A stretch of DNA of 28,864 bases. Source: a virus. Taxonomy: Duplodnaviria > Caudoviricetes. Below, in pieces: positions 23,454 through 28,864 of the stretch. The position numbers and the translations under genes were made by a program. Numbering within the stretch: the stretch's first letter is position 1; every line of letters begins with the position of its first letter. Location of the stretch: IMG/VR virus record IMGVR_UViG_3300016665_000029, positions 1-28,864 of that record; one strand, written 5' to 3'. The notes under the pieces are model-generated. The model saw nothing but the letters and a program-made list of their open reading frames with translations. It was not told the DNA's origin and did no database searches.

Positions 23454-24931
23454 GCGGCTATATCCTCCTCTTCCTCTTCTGCCACACGAATGATGGAGAT
23501 ACGCGAGCGACCCTTCTGACCAATGGCAGTGACACGACCAGCATTGTAGAAGCGCAAGCCACGCCGTTCGAGAGCAGGACGAATACGCTTCAACTCGGCA
23601 GCGACACTGTGAGACGTTTGGGGTAGACGTTCGCGAGGACCAATATTCATTTCCAGTTGACCAATCAAGTCCGAGTAGGTACCTGAGAACTCCTTTTGCT
23701 TTTCCATCATACGCAGGATTGCCGAGGCCATGCCGTGAAACTCTAGCATCTGGTTTTCAGCGGCTGCCCGATTGTGCTTGTACACAGTCATGAGGCGACC
23801 TTCTTCCCAGCCAAATGCTTTCTCAGCGGCTACAGCCCATACGGCAAAGGCAGACATACGGGGCTTTTCAGCAAGAATTACTTTACCATAGTTTTGCGTA
23901 GCATTCAATGCTGCATTCATAAGGGAACCTAACATGCGGGGATGAACCTTGTGGAAGGCTTCCCAGAACTCGGTGTCATCGCGGCGAAGACGGGGATCAA
24001 TGCGAGGCAGGTGCACATGGATGGAGCGGTCGACCAAGTCACCACGTTCAACGACATCGGGGATACCATTCATGGCGACAGGGCGGCAAACGCGGACTGC
24101 GGACTCTTCGGCATTGGTGTAGAGAGCACGACCACCCTGGGCACCAGTACCTGTGCTGATGACGCAAAGCGCATCTGACATCTTGTTTGAAATGAAGGAG
24201 ACGTTGTCGTAGGCCAGGACGAAGGAGTTGCGAACCATGGCTTGCAGGTCACGCTGGTCTTCGGGTGGGGTACGCATGTCGAGGGCATGAGGGTCCATGA
24301 TGCGGCGCAGGAGACGGAGGACAGTGGATTTACCGGAGCCTTGTTCGCCTGAGATGGTGAGAACTGGGTAAGGACCTTCGGGGCGCAAGCAGCCTAGTAC
24401 CCAAGCGGTCAGCAGCATTAGAGTGTCATCGTCAGCGGCAACGAACTGCTTTAGGAGGGCGGGGAACTCGGATGGGGGAGTAGTTAGGTCCGGTTCGACG
24501 AGGGGCAACATGCCAGCACCACGCAACATACGGATGTGGGTAGGACCGCCTGGAACCCTTTCGATGCCGCTGGAGGAGATACGCCAAGCGTCGTTTGCGT
24601 CATTGCCGATGTCGATGTAGAGTTCACCGATCTTGCCGCCGACACGGATGAAGTCCTTGAGCTTAGAGCCTTCGGCACGGACCCAGTGGGCAAAGTAGGT
24701 TTGGGCGGAATTGATGAGGTCGCCGTTGGGCACTATGTTGAAGGAGTCTACGCAGAAGGAAGCGAACCAGCCCCTGAAGTCACAGCCACCGCCTGATGAG
24801 ATGGTGAGGGTACGCCGCTGGTTCTTTTCAGTGTAATCGAGGAAGAGGCGACCGTCTTCTGTGGTCCAAGGGGTTAGGCGCCGCTTCGCTTCGTTAATGA
24901 TTTCGACGCGGTTGACTTTACTATCACTCAT
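23450..24931 (-). CDS. P-loop ATPase, SF3/AAA+ helicase-like, without an evident primase domain (493 aa)
   Basis: Walker A GEQGSGKST, Walker B VLAYDN, sensor AMNG and Arg-finger-like DLVDRS, plus a probable C-terminal winged helix; AGGAG RBS. Confidence 0.75.
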   Translation of the reverse strand: MSDSKVNRVEIINEAKRRLTPWTTEDGRLFLDYTEKNQRRTLTISSGGGCDFRGWFASFCVDSFNIVPNGDLINSAQTYFAHWVRAEGSKLKDFIRVGGKIGELYIDIGNDANDAWRISSSGIERVPGGPTHIRMLRGAGMLPLVEPDLTTPPSEFPALLKQFVAADDDTLMLLTAWVLGCLRPEGPYPVLTISGEQGSGKSTVLRLLRRIMDPHALDMRTPPEDQRDLQAMVRNSFVLAYDNVSFISNKMSDALCVISTGTGAQGGRALYTNAEESAVRVCRPVAMNGIPDVVERGDLVDRSIHVHLPRIDPRLRRDDTEFWEAFHKVHPRMLGSLMNAALNATQNYGKVILAEKPRMSAFAVWAVAAEKAFGWEEGRLMTVYKHNRAAAENQMLEFHGMASAILRMMEKQKEFSGTYSDLIGQLEMNIGPRERLPQTSHSVAAELKRIRPALERRGLRFYNAGRVTAIGQKGRSRISIIRVAEEEEEDIAA

Positions 24932-24937
24932 GGGGTT

Positions 24938-24954
24938 GCTCCTAGGTTAGGAGC
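24938..24954 (-). promoter_or_regulatory. hairpin sequestering the Shine-Dalgarno of the ATPase gene
   Basis: Minus strand GCTCCTA-ACC-TAGGAGC, a perfect 7-bp stem whose 3' arm contains AGGAG, 7 nt before ATG 24931. Confidence 0.65.
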
Positions 24955-24956
24955 GT

Positions 24957-24985
24957 AATTTAGCCCAAGGTGAGAGTTGTGTCAA
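24957..24985 (-). promoter_or_regulatory. sigma70-type promoter for the ATPase-terminase unit
   Basis: TTGACA (24985-24980), 17-nt spacer, TAAATT (24962-24957). Confidence 0.75.
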
Positions 24986-24996
24986 GATTCTCACCT
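24968..24996. repeat. 8-bp inverted repeat straddling the -35 box (candidate operator or hairpin)
   Basis: AGGTGAGA (24968-24975), 13 nt, TCTCACCT (24989-24996). Confidence 0.7.
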
Positions 24997-25000
24997 AATC

Positions 25001-25447
25001 TCACTGGGGACTGGTCGGCCAAGTAATTTCCCAGGGGAAGCCCGGCTGAGAGGTGATGTCCCGAAGGGATTGGCGGTAGGTAGCCCACACGGTCTTGTCG
25101 ACAGGGGCATCGGCTACTTGGGTCCAGTCGCAGGCAGCAAGGCGGGCGTTGCGGTCAGCACGGACATAAGAGGCTTGACGTGCATCGAGATCAGCGCAGG
25201 CTTCCGGGGACAGGTCGACCGCGACATAATCAGTATACCACTTGTCGCCAATCTGGACAACGCCCTGCCGCGCTGCTACTTGATAGCGAGTTGTGATGGG
25301 TTGGGGACCTTCGAAGACGACGTCGTAGCCCCATGCCGCATAGTCAACAATGGGAGGAAAGGAGGTGTTGGAATTGAGCGCACGGAACTCTTGGTCCGTA
25401 ATGATAGCGCCTGTCTGCTGATTTCGAAGTTCCATGGTTTCCCTCAC
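25001..25447 (-). CDS. tail fibre assembly chaperone (148 aa; may start at the second Met)
   Basis: C-terminal R..RN..L...DWTQ..DAP......W..YRQ.LRDI..Q.GFP..I.WP signature; directly downstream of the fibre gene. Confidence 0.85.
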   Translation of the reverse strand: MRETMELRNQQTGAIITDQEFRALNSNTSFPPIVDYAAWGYDVVFEGPQPITTRYQVAARQGVVQIGDKWYTDYVAVDLSPEACADLDARQASYVRADRNARLAACDWTQVADAPVDKTVWATYRQSLRDITSQPGFPWEITWPTSPQ

Positions 25448-28131
25448 GAAATTGCCAAGTAGATATATGATGCTGCATTGATGTTTACGGTTGCTGAAGC
25501 GGCTGCCGTAATCTCAAAGCCTGTCGTGGTCGTGTCTACGAAGTCGGTGTTCGTTACTTCGGTAGCCGACGTATTGATAAGCTTGTAGGGATCATTGCCT
25601 GCAACGATGCCTCGGGCCGAATCCCAAGCATACCAATCTCCGGTGCTATCAGTACGCTTAATTAAAACGAAACGCGCAGCACTTGAGAATCCGCAATTAA
25701 CAGCTTGAAGAGCAGCCGTGCCTGTATAAGAACCTACCTTTGAGACGTTGGGCAGAGTACTAAACAAGCGGGCTGCGTATGTCATGCCCGTTGCATTTAC
25801 AGGACTGGCCGAGCCTACAGTAAAGACTGTCGTAATGGGGGCTATGTTATTCCAGTAGGAATTGGAACTGACTTTTGCCGCATTGGAATTTAAAACTACG
25901 TATTGGTTACTGCCGATTTCATCACAGTAGACAGCCCAGTCAGTTGCTGTCGTTAGAGCTTTAACAATTATGAGTTCAGGGGTAGCATCTAGGTTATGGG
26001 GTATTGCCGCAGAAGTACCTGTCCCTGTGTAGTTTACTACATCGTAGAAACCGGGTGCTTTTCTGAAGCTCCAGCTACCATATGTGGCGCTAGTTGCATT
26101 GAGAAAAAAGGCACCGTTTACAAGCTGAGTTCCATTGTTGTTATCAAAAAGTATGTAACTGTCTCCCCAGGAAGCAGACGACCATGCTGCATTGCGGGTA
26201 GTATAGAAAGCCCCGTTGTTTCCCAATAGACGGTCAAAAATGGGCCACGCATACCCATTGAGGGCCGTTGCTGCGCCACGTTCGAAAGTTATGAAAGTAT
26301 CAGGAGGATAACCGCAGGACACAGTGACATTGGCAGTACCGCCTGTATAGGTTATGGGCGTGTAGACGGAAGTCCCGCTAGTGGGTTTCCTCATAGGACC
26401 ACGACGAATGGCAATGTACACAAAGGTACTACCTAAGTTGTTGGTTTCCGCATTGTTTTGAGTGCCAACTTCAAATCCCTTTGAATTGATACCCAACCAG
26501 TTGATGTCAGTTTCGGCGCTGTTGGCATTTGCATATAGGCGCTCGTAATCTCCGCCTACTGCGGAACCTCGTAGATTGTCTGCTATGACCCAACCAGAAG
26601 TCGTTGAGGCATTTTTGACCATTACCCATTGAGGTTCATAGCCGATATCAATAACTTGTGTAGCGTTGCCCGTGCCGGTATATGTACCGCAAGTAATTAC
26701 GTTCTCGTCTCCTGCTGAACCAAAGCCACCTGCGTTATGCGCGAACAGATAAGCTACATATTTGCCATTGTTAGCATTGACAGCGGCATTGGTACCAAGA
26801 CTAAACACTTTGCTAGTTGGCGTCGTACTGTTCCAGCGATCAGTACCAGTTGCCTTGCCTGCATCACTGTTTAACACCATGTATTCAGTATTGGCAATGC
26901 CGCGATGGTATACTTGCCAATCGCCAGTAGTATCAGTCCGCTTTATCATAATACAGCCCGGAATTGCATCAAGACTGTGTGCGATAGTCCTGTTAGCACC
27001 GTTGCCTGTGTAGGTCACAATATCAAAGAATTTTGGTTGCTTGCGGAATGTCCAAGAAACATACTTGTTTGAAAGGCTATTAACGGTAGAAAGCGAACCT
27101 AATGTAAAGCCATCAGGCAGAAAATCCCATAGCCCTGTTGAAGCTGTCGCTTGCCCCGTCGCTAAGTTAGTACCTAGACTTAAACCTGTGCCCCGAGCAG
27201 TGTCAAAGAGAGCATGATCCGTACTGCTTGCATTTCGGGACTTTAGCCAAACAAGCCCGCCTCCAGAAGTAACAACGCTTGAAGTATTTGTCGAGGGGAA
27301 TGATCTACCGGCGCCCCAAATAATGCGCACTGCGCCGCTTTGAGAAACTCCTTCATTTGTTCCTTGTGCCGAATTTCCGACAACCACTGTATAATTTTGT
27401 CCGGGTGTTACTGCGATATTATTCTTCCAACCCAATCCAGCGCCACCTTTTGAGGTAGTGAGACCCGCTCCTCCGCCGCCGTAAAGACCTCCTTCAGAAG
27501 TCACCCCTGCTTGCCCTGACGATCCGCCTTGACCCGGATTACCAGCCGAAGTAACACCGTTGGCACCGCCACCACCGCCAGCACCGCCGCCTGACCCGGT
27601 AGCTCCTGAAAGAGTACCGCCTGTACCTGCGGTGCCTTGTCCAAAGAGACTTGTGCCGCCGCCACCACCACCCCGCCTGTGAGTAGTCCCAGTACCGCTT
27701 ACGCCATTACCACCGGCACCACCATTACCAGCATAACCACCAGCACCACCGCCACCACCGCCAGCCCAGTAAGTGGGAGAATTTTCAGCAGCCGTTCCGG
27801 CATTGCCCCCGTTGCCGCCTCCGTCTCCAGTATAAGTACCTCCTGTACTTCCAGATGGCGCCCCGCCGCGTACAGTAGACGTGTTTACGAAATAAGAATC
27901 GCCGCCGCCACCACCAATAGCTACGACACAAACAGACGTAACACCTTCAGGCGCCGTCCACGAATAAGTCCCGGGCGTAGTATATACAGCTTCATTAGTT
28001 ACAGTTTCTAAATTTATTCCATTTGTAATTGTTTGCAAAGCGCCTGTGCCGGTATATAAGTACCCTGAGAATACATCCTCAATATAAGCACCCTCGCTAG
28101 AAGACCCCAGAAGCTTTTCAACAAGAAGCAT
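25444..28131 (-). CDS. tail fibre / receptor-binding protein with Gly-rich domain and repeated YTG beta-domains (895 aa)
   Basis: Repeated F.IV.YTG.G...I.H.L...P..I..K modules (e.g. FFDIVTYTGNG, FYDVVNYTGTG, SKVGSYTGT), a Gly-rich segment, and an adjacent chaperone gene. Confidence 0.8.
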   Translation of the reverse strand: MLLVEKLLGSSSEGAYIEDVFSGYLYTGTGALQTITNGINLETVTNEAVYTTPGTYSWTAPEGVTSVCVVAIGGGGGDSYFVNTSTVRGGAPSGSTGGTYTGDGGGNGGNAGTAAENSPTYWAGGGGGGAGGYAGNGGAGGNGVSGTGTTHRRGGGGGGTSLFGQGTAGTGGTLSGATGSGGGAGGGGGANGVTSAGNPGQGGSSGQAGVTSEGGLYGGGGAGLTTSKGGAGLGWKNNIAVTPGQNYTVVVGNSAQGTNEGVSQSGAVRIIWGAGRSFPSTNTSSVVTSGGGLVWLKSRNASSTDHALFDTARGTGLSLGTNLATGQATASTGLWDFLPDGFTLGSLSTVNSLSNKYVSWTFRKQPKFFDIVTYTGNGANRTIAHSLDAIPGCIMIKRTDTTGDWQVYHRGIANTEYMVLNSDAGKATGTDRWNSTTPTSKVFSLGTNAAVNANNGKYVAYLFAHNAGGFGSAGDENVITCGTYTGTGNATQVIDIGYEPQWVMVKNASTTSGWVIADNLRGSAVGGDYERLYANANSAETDINWLGINSKGFEVGTQNNAETNNLGSTFVYIAIRRGPMRKPTSGTSVYTPITYTGGTANVTVSCGYPPDTFITFERGAATALNGYAWPIFDRLLGNNGAFYTTRNAAWSSASWGDSYILFDNNNGTQLVNGAFFLNATSATYGSWSFRKAPGFYDVVNYTGTGTSAAIPHNLDATPELIIVKALTTATDWAVYCDEIGSNQYVVLNSNAAKVSSNSYWNNIAPITTVFTVGSASPVNATGMTYAARLFSTLPNVSKVGSYTGTAALQAVNCGFSSAARFVLIKRTDSTGDWYAWDSARGIVAGNDPYKLINTSATEVTNTDFVDTTTTGFEITAAASATVNINAASYIYLAIS

Positions 28132-28664
28132 TATTTAGAATCCTTCATAGATTGAATACCACGCCAAATAGTGCCGCCGTCGTCAGTAATAAACGTAAAG
28201 ACGTCAGTGCCGCTTACGGTGATGGTAGGTGCGGACCCACTCGGCCAATCAACAGAAGAAGGCCATGTATTGGTAAAGCCGCCACCATTGGTAATTTCCA
28301 AGATGAAGCCTGCCGCAACGGTGCTTACGGGTGGATTGGCGAAGACCCAGGTGGTGCTACCGCTGACTTGAGCCGAGAAGAAGTTGGCTGTAGCAAGATC
28401 GAGGGTCGTGGTTGCTGACACGTTGGCGAGGGAGGTCTTGGCCAGGGTGTAGCCTGAGATTTCGGTCAGCGCATAGGTGCGAAGCTGGGACGCCTTGGCT
28501 TGACGAGAAAGGTAGGACGATACAGTGATAGTCGCTGTAGTTGTGACCAAAGCCGAGACGTAGGTCGTGAGAGTTGTGAAGACCGTGACTTCGGAGATTT
28601 CGAAGAGGTTCGTGGCGGCGACCGCTGTAGCAGACGTAAGGCCACTGATTTTATAGGTTGCCAT
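28131..28664 (-). CDS. small tail-fibre component (177 aa)
   Basis: N-terminal KISGL..A motif and C-terminal TLDL...NFF...F.NPP...TWP.SV.WP.G.AP....GTD.F.F.T.DGG..W.G domain common in phage fibres. Confidence 0.7.
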   Translation of the reverse strand: MATYKISGLTSATAVAATNLFEISEVTVFTTLTTYVSALVTTTATITVSSYLSRQAKASQLRTYALTEISGYTLAKTSLANVSATTTLDLATANFFSAQVSGSTTWVFANPPVSTVAAGFILEITNGGGFTNTWPSSVDWPSGSAPTITVSGTDVFTFITDDGGTIWRGIQSMKDSK

Positions 28665-28683
28665 GTGAGTTTCCTATCTGCTG

Positions 28684-28863
28684 TTAAGCATTGAATACGT
28701 AGTAGCTGATACCGCCTGCGCCGCCGCCACCACCTGAAGTAGCATCAGTAGCAGGAGAGCCTGCCCCGCCGCCACCTGCGCCAATGAGCCAAGCCTTGAT
28801 GGACCTAGTACCCGCTGGTATGTTGTAGGTTGTGCCGCTAGTAAGGACGGTGGTCGTGGTATC
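28684..28863 (-). CDS. 3' end of a Gly-rich tail-fibre-like protein (starts beyond the right edge)
   Basis: Not in the ORF track. My translation is DTTTTVLTSGTTYNIPAGTRSIKAWLIGAGGGGAGSPATDATSGGGGGAGGISYYVFNA*, the same P.G...I....IG.GGGG pattern as the Gly-rich domain of the 895-aa fibre. Confidence 0.7.
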   Translation of the reverse strand, partial: DTTTTVLTSGTTYNIPAGTRSIKAWLIGAGGGGAGSPATDATSGGGGGAGGISYYVFNA

Positions 28864-28864
28864 A

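Noticed and set aside
25444-28131. Diversity-generating retroelement target in the fibre
   Set aside because: No reverse transcriptase and no near-identical TR/VR pair differing at adenines was seen in the window; repeats are diverged at the protein level. It cannot be excluded outside the window.
1-28864. Prophage boundaries, alternative genetic code, introns/inteins
   Set aside because: No integrase, att-like or host genes; ORFs tile cleanly under the standard code; TerL, portal and capsid have ordinary lengths with no splicing motifs noticed.

Overview
The window is a contiguous, tightly packed piece of a tailed dsDNA bacteriophage genome with podovirus-type architecture. All credible genes are on the minus strand. 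In transcription order (right to left) they are: a tail-fibre cassette (Gly-rich fibre fragment, small fibre protein, 895-aa fibre, fibre-assembly chaperone); a stand-alone P-loop/SF3-like helicase-ATPase; terminase small and large subunits; portal; a small protein; a GroES-like co-chaperonin; scaffold; two head-region proteins; major capsid; adaptor/neck proteins; two tandem Cys4 paralogs; a holin-like protein; a short fibre anchor; the tail nozzle; four putative internal/ejection proteins; and the 5' end of a glycosyltransferase-like gene. No integrase, host gene, RNA gene or CRISPR array is visible. The most notable unexplained signals are: (i) a compact promoter + inverted repeat + RBS-sequestering hairpin in front of a helicase that is translationally coupled to the terminase genes; (ii) a recurring V-S-[A/T] motif in external virion proteins, with a phage glycosyltransferase nearby (possible virion glycosylation system); and (iii) S-layer-like (DUF4214-type) repeats on a long Thr/Gly stalk in a putative internal virion protein. 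All product calls come from recognising motifs and synteny by eye; no database searches were run.
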